From: an uncultured Trueperaceae bacterium
Lineage (GTDB): Bacteria; Deinococcota; Deinococci; Deinococcales; Trueperaceae
Assembly (NCBI GenBank): GCA_963727505.1
Contig: CAVSGP010000005.1
Location: 192,001-256,000 of the forward strand
Reading direction: 5' to 3'
Length of the DNA: 64,000 bases
Both the position numbers and the translations under genes were made by a program. Below, piece by piece: positions 38,906-49,664 of the stretch. Every line of letters starts with the position of its first letter. Position 1 is the stretch's first letter. The notes below the pieces were generated by a model. It was not told the origin of the DNA and made no database searches. It saw nothing but the letters and a program-made list of their open reading frames with translations.

Positions 38906-40807
38906 ATGGCAAAAGCAGTAGGCATCGACCTCGGCACCACCAACAGCGTCATCGCCATCATGGAGAGCGGCGAGCCGACCGTGCTGGTCAACAGCGAGGG
39001 CAATCGCACCACCCCGTCTGTGGTGGCATTCAAAGACGAGAACCGCCTGGTCGGGCAGGTCGCCAAGCGGCAGGCCGTGCTCAACCCCAAGGGCACGTTG
39101 TTCGAGGTGAAGCGCTTCATCGGCCGCACCTGGGACGAGATCAAACACGAGGCCGAGCGTGCTCCCTACGAGGTGGTGCGCGGTGACGACGGCGGCGTGC
39201 GCTTCGTCGTCGGCGACAAGAAGTACACCTCCGAAGAGGTGTCGGCCATGGTTCTGCGCAAGATGGTCGACGACGCCAGCGAGCGCGTGGGCGAGAAGAT
39301 CAACAAGGCGGTCATCACCGTTCCCGCCTACTTCAACAACTCGCAGCGCGAGGCCACGCAGAACGCCGGCAAGATCGCCGGGCTCGACGTGCTGCGCATC
39401 GTCAACGAGCCCACGGCGGCGGCGCTCGCCTACGGCATGGAGAAGAAGGGCAACGAGACGATCCTGGTCTTCGACCTGGGCGGCGGCACCTTCGACGTGT
39501 CGGTGCTGGAGGTCGGCGACGGGGTGTTCGAGGTGCGGTCGACCAGTGGCGACACCCATCTCGGCGGCTCCGACATGGACCACGCCATCGTCGACTGGAT
39601 GGCGGAGGAGTTCAAGAAGGAGTACAACGTCGACCTGCGCAAGGACAAGCAGGCGCTCCAGCGTCTCATCGAGGCGGGCGAGAAGGCCAAGATCGAGCTC
39701 TCCGGGCTGCCCGAGACCACCATCAGCCTGCCCTTCATCGCCATGGATCCGGCCTCGAACGCGCCGCTGTACCTCGAGCAGAAGCTCACCCGCAGCAAGT
39801 TCGAGGAGCTGGTGGGCCCGCTGCTGCAGCGTTTGCGTCACCCGGTCGAGCAGGCGCTGGCCGACGCCAAGGTGGGCAAGGGCGAGATCAACGAGATCAT
39901 CCTGGTCGGCGGCTCCACCCGCGTGCCGGCCGTCAAGCGCATCGTCAAGGAGCTGCTGGGCAAGGAGCCCAACCAGAGCGTCAACCCGGACGAGGTCGTG
40001 GCGCTGGGTGCGGCCATCCAGGCCGGCGTGCTCACCGGCGACGTGGAGGACATCGTCCTGCTCGACGTCACCCCCCTCAGCCTGGGGGTGGAGACCAAGG
40101 GCGGCGTGTTCACCAAGTTGATCGAGCGCAACACCACGGTGCCGGTCCGCAAGACCGAGACCTTCACCACCGCCGACCACAACCAGACCGGTGTCGAGGT
40201 GCACGTGTTGCAGGGCGAGCGTTCGATGGCGAACGACAACAAGTCGCTCGGCCGCTTCAAGCTCGACGGTCTGCCGCCCATGCCCTCGGGCATGCCGCAG
40301 ATCGAGATCACCTACGACATCGACGCCAACGGCGTGCTGCACGTCACGGCGAAGGAGAAGTCGAGCGGCAAGGCCGCCAACATCACCATCCAGAACACCA
40401 CCACCCTCGGTGACGACGAGGTGGAGAAGATGGTGGCCGACGCCAAGTCGCACGCCGACGAGGACCGTCAGGCCCGCGAGCTCGCCGAGTCGCGCAACCA
40501 GCTCGACAGCCTGCGGCTGCAAGCGCGCAAGGCGGTCGACGAGGCCGAAGGAGCCACCGAGGAGCAGAAGAAGCCGGTGGAGGACGTGATCCAGCAGGCG
40601 CAGCAGGCGCTCGATCAGAGCGCGGCCAAGGACGCCCTCGACGCCGCGACCAAGACGCTGGCCGAGGCCCTGCAGGCCTTCCAGCAGGCGACCGCTGCAC
40701 AGCAGAGTGGCCCGCAGGACGGAGAGCCCGGCGCGTCATCCGAGGCCTCCGGCGGCGACGCCGAGGACGAGGAAGTCATCGACGCGGACTTCAAGCCGGC
40801 CGGCTGA
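38906..40807 (+). CDS. dnaK: Molecular chaperone DnaK
   Basis: [43 protein letters not shown]. Confidence 0.99.
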   Translation: MAKAVGIDLGTTNSVIAIMESGEPTVLVNSEGNRTTPSVVAFKDENRLVGQVAKRQAVLNPKGTLFEVKRFIGRTWDEIKHEAERAPYEVVRGDDGGVRFVVGDKKYTSEEVSAMVLRKMVDDASERVGEKINKAVITVPAYFNNSQREATQNAGKIAGLDVLRIVNEPTAAALAYGMEKKGNETILVFDLGGGTFDVSVLEVGDGVFEVRSTSGDTHLGGSDMDHAIVDWMAEEFKKEYNVDLRKDKQALQRLIEAGEKAKIELSGLPETTISLPFIAMDPASNAPLYLEQKLTRSKFEELVGPLLQRLRHPVEQALADAKVGKGEINEIILVGGSTRVPAVKRIVKELLGKEPNQSVNPDEVVALGAAIQAGVLTGDVEDIVLLDVTPLSLGVETKGGVFTKLIERNTTVPVRKTETFTTADHNQTGVEVHVLQGERSMANDNKSLGRFKLDGLPPMPSGMPQIEITYDIDANGVLHVTAKEKSSGKAANITIQNTTTLGDDEVEKMVADAKSHADEDRQARELAESRNQLDSLRLQARKAVDEAEGATEEQKKPVEDVIQQAQQALDQSAAKDALDAATKTLAEALQAFQQATAAQQSGPQDGEPGASSEASGGDAEDEEVIDADFKPAG

Positions 40808-40878
40808 GCCGGGGCGAGCGACACGCAGCGCGCGGCGCCGCCTCGAGCGCGTCGCGCGCTGACCCCTAGGACGATGCT

Positions 40879-41535
40879 ATGAGCGATCCGAAGAACCATG
40901 ACGACAGCAGGGTCGGCGCCGTCGACGAGGGCGGGCCGGGCGACGAGACGAGTGCCGCGGAGGTGCGCGTGGATGTCGCCCCCGACGGCAACGGCGGGGA
41001 ACCCGCCACGGCGGCCGCGGCGGCCGACCAGGAGGTGGACATCCTGCGCAGGGAACTGACCCGGACGCAAGAGCAGCTCGGCGAGGCGCAGCGGGAGGCG
41101 GCCGAGTATCGCGACCGCTTCCTCCGCAGCCGTGCCGAGCTCGAGACCTTCCGCCGCCGCGTCTCCGACGACGTCGAGCGTGCCCGCGAGGCGGGTCTCG
41201 ACAGTGCGGTGCTGGCGGTGCTGAGCGTGTTCGACGACCTGGGGCGGGCGCTGCAGGCGGCCGAGACCACCGACGATCCGGCCACCATCGTGCCGGGGGT
41301 GCGGGCGGTCAAGGAGTCGCTCGAGCGCAACCTCGAGAACCTCGACATCCGGCCCATCGGCGAGCCCGGCGAGCCCTTCGACCCGAACCAGCACGAGGCG
41401 CTGACGGCGGTGCCGCTCACCGAGGGCGCCGAGCCCGGCACCATCGCCGACGTGTTCCAGGCGGGCTTCAAGCGCGGCGACCGGTTGGTGCGCCCGGCGC
41501 GCGTGGTGGTGTACAAGGACCCGGAGCAAGGCTAG
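40879..41535 (+). CDS. grpE: Nucleotide exchange factor GrpE
   Basis: RAELETFRRR, DDLGRAL, FDPNQHEA, GFKRGDRLVRPARVVV. Confidence 0.96.
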   Translation: MSDPKNHDDSRVGAVDEGGPGDETSAAEVRVDVAPDGNGGEPATAAAAADQEVDILRRELTRTQEQLGEAQREAAEYRDRFLRSRAELETFRRRVSDDVERAREAGLDSAVLAVLSVFDDLGRALQAAETTDDPATIVPGVRAVKESLERNLENLDIRPIGEPGEPFDPNQHEALTAVPLTEGAEPGTIADVFQAGFKRGDRLVRPARVVVYKDPEQG

Positions 41536-41582
41536 GCCCCGGCCGGGCCGCGGCGCGCGCCCGGCGCGGGAGGTGATTCGAC

Positions 41583-42566
41583 GTGGCAGGCTACAAGGAC
41601 TACTACGAGATCCTGGATGTCCCGCGCGATGCGTCGCAGCAGGACATCAAGGCTGCCTTTCGCAAGCTCGCCGCCAAGCATCACCCCGACCGCAATCCCG
41701 GCGACGCCGGCGCCGAGGACCGCTTCAAGGAGGTCAACGAGGCCTACACGGCGCTCTCCGACCCCGAGAAGCGCAAGATCTACGACCAGTACGGAACGAC
41801 CGGAGACGTTCCGCCGTTCGCCCAGCAGGGTGGCGGTGGGTTCCGCACCGTGTCGGCCGAAGAGTACGCCGGCTTCAGCGACTTCTTCCAGTCGCTGTTC
41901 GGCGGCATGACGGGGGGCCGCGGCTTCACCACCGAGAGCGGTTTCGGCGACGTGTTCGCGCAGGGTGGCTTCGGTGCCACGCAGATGCGAGGTGCGCAGG
42001 CCCGCCGGGCGCCGCGGGGCGTGGAGGCGGAGCTGGAGGTCGGCCTCGAGGAGGCCTACCGCGGCGGCGAGACCACCTTCCGGGTGGACGGCAAGGCGCT
42101 CACCGTCACGCTGCCGCGGGGCGTGCACCGGGGCGCGCGGCTGCGCCTGCGCGGCCAGGCGCCTGGTGGTGGCGATCTCATCTTGATCGTGCGGCACGCC
42201 CGCCATCCGGTGTTCACGGTCCAGGGCGACGACGTCCGGGTGCGCGTGGAGGTGCCCGACTACCGTGCCGCCCTGGGCGGCAGCGTGCGCGTGCCCACCC
42301 TCGACGGTGAGGTCGAGATGACCCTGCCTGGAGGCACCAAGAGCGGGCGGGTGTTGCGCCTGCGGGGGCAGGGCTGGCCCCGCAAGGACGGCGGTCGTGG
42401 CGACGAGATGGCCGAGGTCCGGGTGGTGGTACCCAAGAAGCCGACGGCCGAGCAGCAGGAGCTCTACCGGCAGCTCGAGGCGCAGGCCGAGGGCGAGACC
42501 TCCGGGGACCCCTCGGGCGACGCCGAGCGCGAGGGCGCGCGTCGCAGCAAGGAAGCCGCTGCCTGA
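41583..42566 (+). CDS. dnaJ: DnaJ (class B, no zinc finger)
   Basis: [23 protein letters not shown]-rich region; C-terminal domain without CxxCxGxG. Confidence 0.93.
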   Translation: MAGYKDYYEILDVPRDASQQDIKAAFRKLAAKHHPDRNPGDAGAEDRFKEVNEAYTALSDPEKRKIYDQYGTTGDVPPFAQQGGGGFRTVSAEEYAGFSDFFQSLFGGMTGGRGFTTESGFGDVFAQGGFGATQMRGAQARRAPRGVEAELEVGLEEAYRGGETTFRVDGKALTVTLPRGVHRGARLRLRGQAPGGGDLILIVRHARHPVFTVQGDDVRVRVEVPDYRAALGGSVRVPTLDGEVEMTLPGGTKSGRVLRLRGQGWPRKDGGRGDEMAEVRVVVPKKPTAEQQELYRQLEAQAEGETSGDPSGDAEREGARRSKEAAA

Positions 42567-42662
42567 GGGCGCGGCTTCGCGGGCCGCGAGCCGGGGCGAC
42601 CCCTTGCCAACGTGTTTCGGCCCCACGCCGATCGACCGGGGTGGGGTGGTAGGCTTGCGGCC

Positions 42663-43784
42663 ATGACTCGATTCCCCACGCGGCTCCGCCGCTTGTTGCC
42701 GTCACTGCTGGCTCTTGCCGTGGTGGCGGGGCTCGCGAGCGCCCAGAGCACCAACCAGAGCACGTCCCAGAGCACGACCGCGACCAGCGCCTCCGGCAAG
42801 GACCCGGTCGTGATCCAGCTCGGCGACCAGACCGAGACCTTGAGCGACTTCGAGGCTCGTTTTGACATCGCCATCCGCAGTCTGGCCGCCCAGCAGCGCA
42901 TGCCGATGACGCCGCAGCTCCGTCAGCAGCTGGCGGTGTACCAGCCCAAGTACCTGCAGCAGCGGGCGAGCGAGATGGTGCTGCTCGGCAAGGCCAAGTC
43001 CGACGGCCTCACGATCGACCAGAAGCACGTCGACTCCGTGCTGTCGCAGGTCGAGGGGAACGTCCCCAAGGGCAAGAAATTGCAGGATCTGCTCGACCAG
43101 GCAGGCTTCAAGGACAAGGCCCAGCTCGTCAAGTTGATCGGCGAGTCCGACCTCATCAACCAGGAGATGCAGAAGCTGAAGGACGGCGTCAAGCTGACCG
43201 ACGCCCAGCTCAAGGGCTACTATCAGGCGCACAAGTCGGACTACACGACGCCCGAGCAGGTCTGCGCCAGCCACATCCTGGTGAAGACCGAGGCCGACGC
43301 CCAGGCGGTGATGAAGGACCTGGCCGGTGGCGCCGACTTCGCGCAGGAGGCCAAGGACAAGAGCACCGGCCCGAGCGCCCCCAAGGGCGGCGATCTCGGC
43401 TGCTTCGGCAAGAACCAGATGGTCCAGGCCTTCGCCGATGCCGCCTTCAAGGCCCAGGTCGGCAAGGTCGTGGGCCCGGTCAAGACGCAGTACGGCTACC
43501 ACGTGATCCTGGTGAGCAAGCACACCCAGGCCACCACCAAGCCGTTCGATCAGGTCAAGAGCGACGTCGCGTCGAAGCTCCGCCAGGAGCACGCCAACCA
43601 GCAGGTGCAGGCGCTGGTCAAGAGCTCGGGCGTGAAGACCTTCCCCGACCGCCTCCCGGCGCCGCCCCAGCCTTCGGGCTCCACGCCCTCCGGCGGCGGC
43701 TCGGCTCCGGCCGGTGGCGCGGGTAGTGGCGGCACGTCCGGCGGTTCCAGCGGCGGCAGCAGCTCGAGCGGGTCGGGCAACTAG
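42663..43784 (+). CDS. Exported parvulin-type peptidyl-prolyl isomerase (PrsA/SurA-like)
   Basis: Signal peptide; ASHILV, GGDLGCF, MVQAF, VKTQYGYHVI. Confidence 0.92.
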   Translation: MTRFPTRLRRLLPSLLALAVVAGLASAQSTNQSTSQSTTATSASGKDPVVIQLGDQTETLSDFEARFDIAIRSLAAQQRMPMTPQLRQQLAVYQPKYLQQRASEMVLLGKAKSDGLTIDQKHVDSVLSQVEGNVPKGKKLQDLLDQAGFKDKAQLVKLIGESDLINQEMQKLKDGVKLTDAQLKGYYQAHKSDYTTPEQVCASHILVKTEADAQAVMKDLAGGADFAQEAKDKSTGPSAPKGGDLGCFGKNQMVQAFADAAFKAQVGKVVGPVKTQYGYHVILVSKHTQATTKPFDQVKSDVASKLRQEHANQQVQALVKSSGVKTFPDRLPAPPQPSGSTPSGGGSAPAGGAGSGGTSGGSSGGSSSSGSGN

Positions 43785-43911
43785 CTCCCGCTCCCGATCC
43801 AGCACGCGTCGAGGCGGCGCGCAGGCCCATCCGGGCGGCGCGCCGCCTCGCTTGCGTCGTGCTGGCGTGGAGCTCGGCGCTCGCCGCGCCCGGCGAGCGC
43901 CGACTGGCCGG

Positions 43912-44547
43912 TCACGGGAAGAGCCGCTCGACCCTCCAACCGCCCCCTGCGGTCCGGTACACGAAGCGGTCGTGGAGGCGGTTCTCACGCCCCTGCCAGA
44001 ACTCGATGCGCTCGGGGGACAGGTGGTAGCCGCCCCACGTCGGGGGGCGCGGCACCCTGCCCTCGGGATAGCGCGCCGCCATGGCCTCGAAGGCGCGCTC
44101 GAGCTCGGCGCGGTCGGCCACCGGGCGGCTCTGCTGCGAGGCCCAGGCGGCGATCTGGGAGCCGTAGGGACGACTGGCGAAGTAACCGTCGCTGACCGCT
44201 TCGGGCAGTCTCGCGACGGCGCCCTCGACGCGTACCTGGCGCTCCAGACGGTCCCACCAGAAGCAGGCAGCGGCCTGGGGATGGGCCTCCAGGTCGCGCC
44301 CCTTGCGGCTGCCGTAGTTGCTGTAGAACTCCAACCCGCCGTCCACGATGCCTTTGAGCAGCAGCATGCGCGACGACACCCGACCGCCGTGGTCGACCGT
44401 GGCCAGGCTCATGGCGTTGGGTTCCGGCATGCCGGCGTCGGCGGCCTGACGCAGCCAGCGCTCGAGCTGGCGCAGCGGATCGTCGTCCAGTTCGGTGGGT
44501 CGCAGGGTTCCCCTGCGATAGCTCGTGCGCGGAGCATCGGCGGCCAT
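43912..44547 (-). CDS. pdxH: Pyridoxamine 5'-phosphate oxidase
   Basis: [40 protein letters not shown]. Confidence 0.96.
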   Translation of the reverse strand: MAADAPRTSYRRGTLRPTELDDDPLRQLERWLRQAADAGMPEPNAMSLATVDHGGRVSSRMLLLKGIVDGGLEFYSNYGSRKGRDLEAHPQAAACFWWDRLERQVRVEGAVARLPEAVSDGYFASRPYGSQIAAWASQQSRPVADRAELERAFEAMAARYPEGRVPRPPTWGGYHLSPERIEFWQGRENRLHDRFVYRTAGGGWRVERLFP

Positions 44548-44625
44548 GCGGCCAGTCTACGGGCGTGTGCTCCGCGTCGCCACCGAGTAAGAACGCTGTA
44601 AGGCCGCAGGGCGTATGGTCCTTTC

Positions 44626-44750
44626 AAGGCGTTGGATTCCCTGCTGCTAAGCCTCCTACTTCCTGTTGCGTCTTCATCCAGCGCGATACCGGTTCCTCCC
44701 CTTGAACTTGGTCGTACGTCCCGCCCGGGAGATTCCTGGGCGGGATGCGT
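44626..44750 (+). ncRNA. Candidate small regulatory RNA
   Basis: Lower-GC intergenic stretch with TATGGT -10 (44614), an upstream GTAAG direct repeat, CU-rich motifs and a terminal hairpin TCCCGCCCGGGA-gat-TCCTGGGCGGGA. Confidence 0.45.
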
Positions 44751-44804
44751 CGTCTCGCAGGGGAGGAGCCGCCCCTAATTTTGGGGACCTGCTACGGTGA
44801 CGCC

Positions 44805-46904
44805 ATGTCCAACCGCCTGGCGGACGCCACCAGCCCCTACCTTCTCCAGCACAGCGAGAACCCGGTCGAGTGGCGCCCCTGGGGCGAGGAGGCGTTCGAG
44901 CTGGCGCGCCAGCGCGACCTGCCGGTGCTGCTCTCGATCGGCTACGCCGCTTGCCACTGGTGTCACGTCATGGCCCATGAATCGTTCGAGGACGAGCGGG
45001 TGGCGGCGTTCATGAACGAGCGCTTCGTGTGCGTCAAGGTCGATCGCGAGGAACGCCCCGACGTCGATGCCGTGTACATGAACGCCGTGCAGGCGATGAC
45101 CGGCGGTGGAGGGTGGCCTCTCACCGTGATCGTCACGCCCGACGGCGCTCCCTTCTTCGGCGGCACGTACTTCCCGCCGCAGCCGCGTTGGGGACAGCCG
45201 TCCTTCCGGCAGGTCTTGGAGGGGATCAGCGGGGCCTGGCGGGAGCGGCGCGGGGAGGTCGAGGAGGCCGCCCGCGGGCTGCATGAGCAGCTGCGGGTGC
45301 TCGAGGCTCCCTTGGGTCCCTCGTCGGAAGCGTCCGACGGAACGGGCGGGGCGCCGACCGACCCCGAAGCCGCGGCCGGACACGCCCTGAGCGCGCTGGC
45401 CGCTACCTTCGACGCCGAGCGAGGCGGCTTCGGCGGCGCACCCAAGTTCCCGCCGCACGGCGCCCTGCGCTTCCTGCTGGGCCGGCCCGAGGAGCACGCT
45501 CTCGCCATGGCCACGACCACCCTCGACGCCATGGCGGACGGCGGCATCCACGACCAGCTCGGTGGCGGCTTCGCGCGCTACAGCGTGGACGCCCGCTGGG
45601 ACGTTCCCCACTTCGAGAAGATGCTCTACGACAACGCCCAGCTCCTCCAGCTCTACGCCGAGGGCTACCGCCGCACCGGACGGGCGCGCTACGCGGCGGT
45701 GGCCGAAGGCATCGTGAGTTGGCTGGCACGCGAGCTACGCTCCCCCGAAGGCGCCCTGTCCAGCTCGCTGGACGCCGACAGCGAGGGGGAGGAAGGGCGC
45801 TATTACACCTGGACCGAGGAGGAGGTCGAGGCCGCCTGCGGCGCCGATGCGTCCGTGGCCCTGCGCCACTTCGGCGTGCGCACGCCGGGCCCCTTCGAGG
45901 GGCGGAACGTGCTGCGCGTCGCCCAGCCGCTGCCGGCGGCGGCCGCCGCCCTCAAGCTCGATGTGGCAGAGGCCGGTGCGCGCCTGGAACGCGGCCGGCG
46001 CGCCCTGACGGCCGCCCGCGAGGGCCGGCCGCGTCCCTCGTTGGACGACAAGGCGCTCGCCTCCTGGAACGGCCTGGCGCTCGTTGGCCTGGCCGACGCC
46101 GCCCGCCTGCTCGGGTCGGAGCGTGCGCTGGGAATGGCGCGCGACGTGGTGCGCTTCGTTCGGACGCACCTGTGGCAGGGCGGACGTCTGCTGCACGTCT
46201 GGCGGGGTGGCACTGCGCACGTCGAGGGGCTGCTGGAGGACTACGCCTACCTTGGGCTGGGCCTGCTGGCGCTCCACCGCATCACCTTGGACGCGCCGCT
46301 GCTCGAGCTGGCGCTCGACCTCGCCGCCGTCGTGCGCCGCGACTTCGAGGCGGAGGACGGCGGCTTCTACTCGACCTCGCGTCGCGGCGAGCGTCTGCTG
46401 GTGCGCCCGCGCTCCCTGGCCGACGCCGCCGTCCCGTCCGACAACGCCGCCGCCGCCGAGCTGCTGGCGCGGTTGGCCCGCCTGACGGGGGACGGTGCGC
46501 TGGAGGAGGCGGCCGAGCGTGCCGTCCGACCCCTGGAGGGCCCCATGCAGCGGCATCCCCAGGCCTTCGCATCGGCGCTGGCGGTCCACCGCATCCTGGC
46601 CGAGCCGCCGCGTGAGGTGGTGCTGGTGGGCGATCCGCGCGCCGCCGACACCGCCGCGCTGGCGGCCGCCTGGCGCCGGCGGGCGGACCCTTCGGTGGCG
46701 GCGCTGCTGGTGAGCGGGCCGGACGATGCGTTGGCGCGGCGCTGCCCGCTGGCGCAGGGCCGTGAGCGGCTCGAGGGGCGTGCCAGCGCCTACGTGTGCG
46801 AGGCCGGTGCCTGCCGCCTGCCGGTTGCCGAGGTGGCGGCGTTCGAGCGCGAGCTCGACGCCATCGGACTGGCGCCGCTGCCGATCCCCCCGTCCTCCGG
46901 GTAG
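44805..46904 (+). CDS. Thioredoxin-domain protein, YyaL/SSP411 family
   Basis: [57 protein letters not shown]. Confidence 0.95.
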   Translation: MSNRLADATSPYLLQHSENPVEWRPWGEEAFELARQRDLPVLLSIGYAACHWCHVMAHESFEDERVAAFMNERFVCVKVDREERPDVDAVYMNAVQAMTGGGGWPLTVIVTPDGAPFFGGTYFPPQPRWGQPSFRQVLEGISGAWRERRGEVEEAARGLHEQLRVLEAPLGPSSEASDGTGGAPTDPEAAAGHALSALAATFDAERGGFGGAPKFPPHGALRFLLGRPEEHALAMATTTLDAMADGGIHDQLGGGFARYSVDARWDVPHFEKMLYDNAQLLQLYAEGYRRTGRARYAAVAEGIVSWLARELRSPEGALSSSLDADSEGEEGRYYTWTEEEVEAACGADASVALRHFGVRTPGPFEGRNVLRVAQPLPAAAAALKLDVAEAGARLERGRRALTAAREGRPRPSLDDKALASWNGLALVGLADAARLLGSERALGMARDVVRFVRTHLWQGGRLLHVWRGGTAHVEGLLEDYAYLGLGLLALHRITLDAPLLELALDLAAVVRRDFEAEDGGFYSTSRRGERLLVRPRSLADAAVPSDNAAAAELLARLARLTGDGALEEAAERAVRPLEGPMQRHPQAFASALAVHRILAEPPREVVLVGDPRAADTAALAAAWRRRADPSVAALLVSGPDDALARRCPLAQGRERLEGRASAYVCEAGACRLPVAEVAAFERELDAIGLAPLPIPPSSG

Positions 46905-46913
46905 CCGCTGAGC

Positions 46914-46971
46914 TTGACAGCGAGAGGGCGACGCGGCATGCTGGCCCTCTGGCTGACCGACCGGTCGGTCA
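46914..46971 (+). promoter_or_regulatory. MFS promoter with a perfect 18-bp TetR-type operator
   Basis: TTGACA-N17-CATGCT, then the palindrome TGACCGACCGGTCGGTCA at 46954-46971. Confidence 0.8.
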
Positions 46972-47046
46972 CTCGTCGCGGTTGTGGCGGCCACGCCTGG
47001 CGGAGGTGCGCTCCGCGACCGGAAGCCACCCTGGGAGGGAGTGGAC

Positions 47047-48429
47047 ATGGAAGAGAAGGCCCGTAATCGGCTTCTGGCCGTGCTTTTCGTGGGCGTGCTC
47101 ATGGGCGCGCTCGACATCGCCATCGTGGGGCCGGCGCTGCCGGCGATCCAACGTGGTTTCGGCGTCGGGAACGCCGCCATCGCCTGGGTCTTCAGCATCT
47201 ACGTGCTGTTCAACCTGATGGCCACGCCGCTGATGGCGAAGCTCTCCGACCGCTTCGGGCGGCGCCGTGTCTACACCCTCGACGTGGCGCTCTTCGGCGT
47301 CGGCTCGTTGGTCGTGGCGCTCTCGCCGAGCCTCACGGTGCTGCTGGTGGGCCGGGCCATCCAGGCCACCGGGGCCGGCGGCATCTTCCCGGTCGCCAGC
47401 GCCGTCATCGGCGACACCTTCCCGGCCGAGAAGCGCGGACGGGCGCTGGGCATCATCGGCGCCGTGTTCGGTCTGGCGTTCCTGGTGGGCCCGCTGCTGG
47501 GCGGCCTGCTGTTGCAGTTGAGCTGGCACTGGCTGTTCCTCATCAATCTGCCGGTGGCCGCCTGGCTCATCGTCGCCAGCCAGCGGCTCGTGCCCGACGT
47601 GCGGGCCGCCGACAGCCCCCCCTTCGACTGGACCGGTGTGAGCGTGCTGAGCCTGATGCTGGCGGGACTGGCGCTCGGGCTCAGCCGCCTCGACAGCGCG
47701 GCCCTGTTGCCCAGCCTGTTGAGCTGGAAGGTGGGCCCCTACCTGCTGCTGGCGCTCGTGCTGCTCCCGCTGTTCTGGTCGGTCGAGCGGCGCGCGGCCG
47801 ACGCCGTGCTGCGGCCGCGCCTGCTGGAGTCCAGGCAGGTGAAGCTGGTCGGCCTGTTCGCCGCCGGCGCCGGCCTCAGCGAGGCGGCCATGGTCTTTCT
47901 GCCGTCGCTGGCCGTGTCCTCGCTGGGGGTAGGGGAGGCCACCGCCAGCTTCATGCTGCTGCCGCTGGTGCTGGCCCTGGCGATCGGATCGCCGACGGCC
48001 GGCCGCGTCCTCGACGCGCTGGGCTCGAGGATCGTGGTGGTCGCTGGGCTCGCGCTGACCGCCGCGGGGCTCTTCGTATTCGGCGCCGCCTCCACGAGCC
48101 TGGCCGGCTTCATCGTGGCCTCCGTCCTCACCGGCCTGGGGCTGTCGGCGCTCCTGGGCGCGCCGCTGCGCTACATCCTGCTGCGCGAGGCGGGCGAGGC
48201 CGACCGGGGGGCTTCGCAGGGCCTGTTGACGGTGTTCACCAGCATGGGACAGCTCGTCGGGGGCGCCCTGGTGGGAGCGGTGGCGGCCTCCTCGGTCGGC
48301 GGATTCCCCCAGGCGCTCACCGTGCTGGCGGTGGTGATGGCCGTGATGCTGGTGCCGTCGTTCGGCCTCAAGGGGCGGCGCCAGGAACAGGCGTCGGGCC
48401 CGGAGGGGAGCGAAGGGGCCGCGAACTGA
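47047..48429 (+). CDS. MFS drug:H+ antiporter-like transporter (DHA2-like)
   Basis: MGALDIAIVGPALP, KLSDRFGRRRV, GRAIQATGAGG, GPLLGG, FLINLPV. Confidence 0.93.
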   Translation: MEEKARNRLLAVLFVGVLMGALDIAIVGPALPAIQRGFGVGNAAIAWVFSIYVLFNLMATPLMAKLSDRFGRRRVYTLDVALFGVGSLVVALSPSLTVLLVGRAIQATGAGGIFPVASAVIGDTFPAEKRGRALGIIGAVFGLAFLVGPLLGGLLLQLSWHWLFLINLPVAAWLIVASQRLVPDVRAADSPPFDWTGVSVLSLMLAGLALGLSRLDSAALLPSLLSWKVGPYLLLALVLLPLFWSVERRAADAVLRPRLLESRQVKLVGLFAAGAGLSEAAMVFLPSLAVSSLGVGEATASFMLLPLVLALAIGSPTAGRVLDALGSRIVVVAGLALTAAGLFVFGAASTSLAGFIVASVLTGLGLSALLGAPLRYILLREAGEADRGASQGLLTVFTSMGQLVGGALVGAVAASSVGGFPQALTVLAVVMAVMLVPSFGLKGRRQEQASGPEGSEGAAN

Positions 48430-48511
48430 GGCAGAATGGAGCAGGACAACCGCGGCAGCGCAGGGTGCGGCCCTGCCTGTGCGCTTCGACAGCGAGAGGA
48501 TCGACGCGATC

Positions 48512-48952
48512 ATGTACACATTCCTGCTGGACCTCCACAACCTCCTACGTTGGGTGATCGTCATCGTCGGCGTCATCGCGGTGGCCATGGCCCTGCGAGG
48601 CGCCTTCACGCGCGGGGCCTGGACCGGCCAACAGAACTCGCTCGGGCGGGTGTTCACCATCTCCGTCGACGTGCAGCTCCTCGTGGGCCTGCTGCTGTAC
48701 TTCGTGTTCAGCCCTATCACGACCGGCGCGTTCGCGAACTTCAGCGCCGCCATGCAGAACGACCAGACCCGCTTCTTCCTGGTCGAGCACCTGCCCCTGA
48801 TGGTCATCGCCATCGCCCTCATCCATGTGGGGGCCGCGCGCGCGCGCAAACTGAACAGCGCCCGTCCGGCGGCGATCTTCTACACCGTCGCGATGGTCCT
48901 GATGGTCATCGCCATCCCTTGGTGGCGGCCGCTGGTCCCCGGGATGGGGTGA
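48512..48952 (+). CDS. Four-TM hypothetical membrane protein with TM His residues
   Basis: LHNLLRW, DVQLLVGLLLY, RFFLVEH.PLM, IPWWRPL. Confidence 0.8.
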   Translation: MYTFLLDLHNLLRWVIVIVGVIAVAMALRGAFTRGAWTGQQNSLGRVFTISVDVQLLVGLLLYFVFSPITTGAFANFSAAMQNDQTRFFLVEHLPLMVIAIALIHVGAARARKLNSARPAAIFYTVAMVLMVIAIPWWRPLVPGMG

Positions 48953-49031
48953 GGGCGGGCGTGACACGCGCCCCGTGCCGACCGGACGACGCCGGTCCGC
49001 GGACCGTGGGCCGCCCTCTCGTGAGGCCGTG

Positions 49032-49610
49032 GTGACCCATCCCGGAGCCGGCGAGAACGTCAAGGACCGGATCCTCGACGAGGCGGCCGGTCTCTTCATC
49101 ACGCACGGTTACCACGGGCTGTCGATGCGCCAGATCGCCGAGGCGGTGGGGGTGTCCAAGGCGGGGCTGTACTACCACTTCGAGGACAAGGAGACGCTCT
49201 TCCTGGCGATCCTGCTGCACCACATCGAGCGGGTGGGGGTGCTGGTCGACCGGGCCCGTGCCGGCGGCGGGAGCGCGCGCGACCAGGTGCGCGCGGTACT
49301 GACCAACATCCTCACGCACATGCGTGGCAGCCAGCGTTTCATCCGGCTCGCGGAGCAGGACGCCGTCAGCCTGCACCCAGCGTCGCGCGAGCAGATGCAT
49401 CGGGCCTACCGCCAGCGCTTCCTCGGGCCCATCGAGGCGATCCTGGAGCAGGGCGTCGACAGCGGCGAGCTGCGTCCGCTCGACCCCGCCCAGACGACCT
49501 GGCTGTTGCTGGGGCTGGCCTTCTCCGGGTTGTCGGCCAGTCCGGAGCGGGTGCCCGCGGTGGTGAAGCTCATCGAAGGGGTCTTCTTCGAGGGCGTCGA
49601 GGCGCGCTGA
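49032..49610 (+). CDS. TetR/AcrR family regulator
   Basis: RILDEAAGLF..GYHGLSMRQIAEAVGVSKAGLYYHFEDKE. Confidence 0.95.
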   Translation: MTHPGAGENVKDRILDEAAGLFITHGYHGLSMRQIAEAVGVSKAGLYYHFEDKETLFLAILLHHIERVGVLVDRARAGGGSARDQVRAVLTNILTHMRGSQRFIRLAEQDAVSLHPASREQMHRAYRQRFLGPIEAILEQGVDSGELRPLDPAQTTWLLLGLAFSGLSASPERVPAVVKLIEGVFFEGVEAR

Positions 49611-49664
49611 GCAACGCCTGGGGCGGCGACGCCGGTGCCGAAGCGGCGCTGATAGCATGACCGG

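Noticed and set aside
38771..40522. 583-aa ORF antisense to dnaK
   Set aside because: Familiar antisense shadow frame of dnaK; no independent evidence.
44625..44678. 17-codon minus-strand ORF MKTQQEVGGLAAGNPTP inside the candidate sRNA
   Set aside because: The SD-like sequence is too distant, and promoter and terminator orientation favour a plus-strand RNA.
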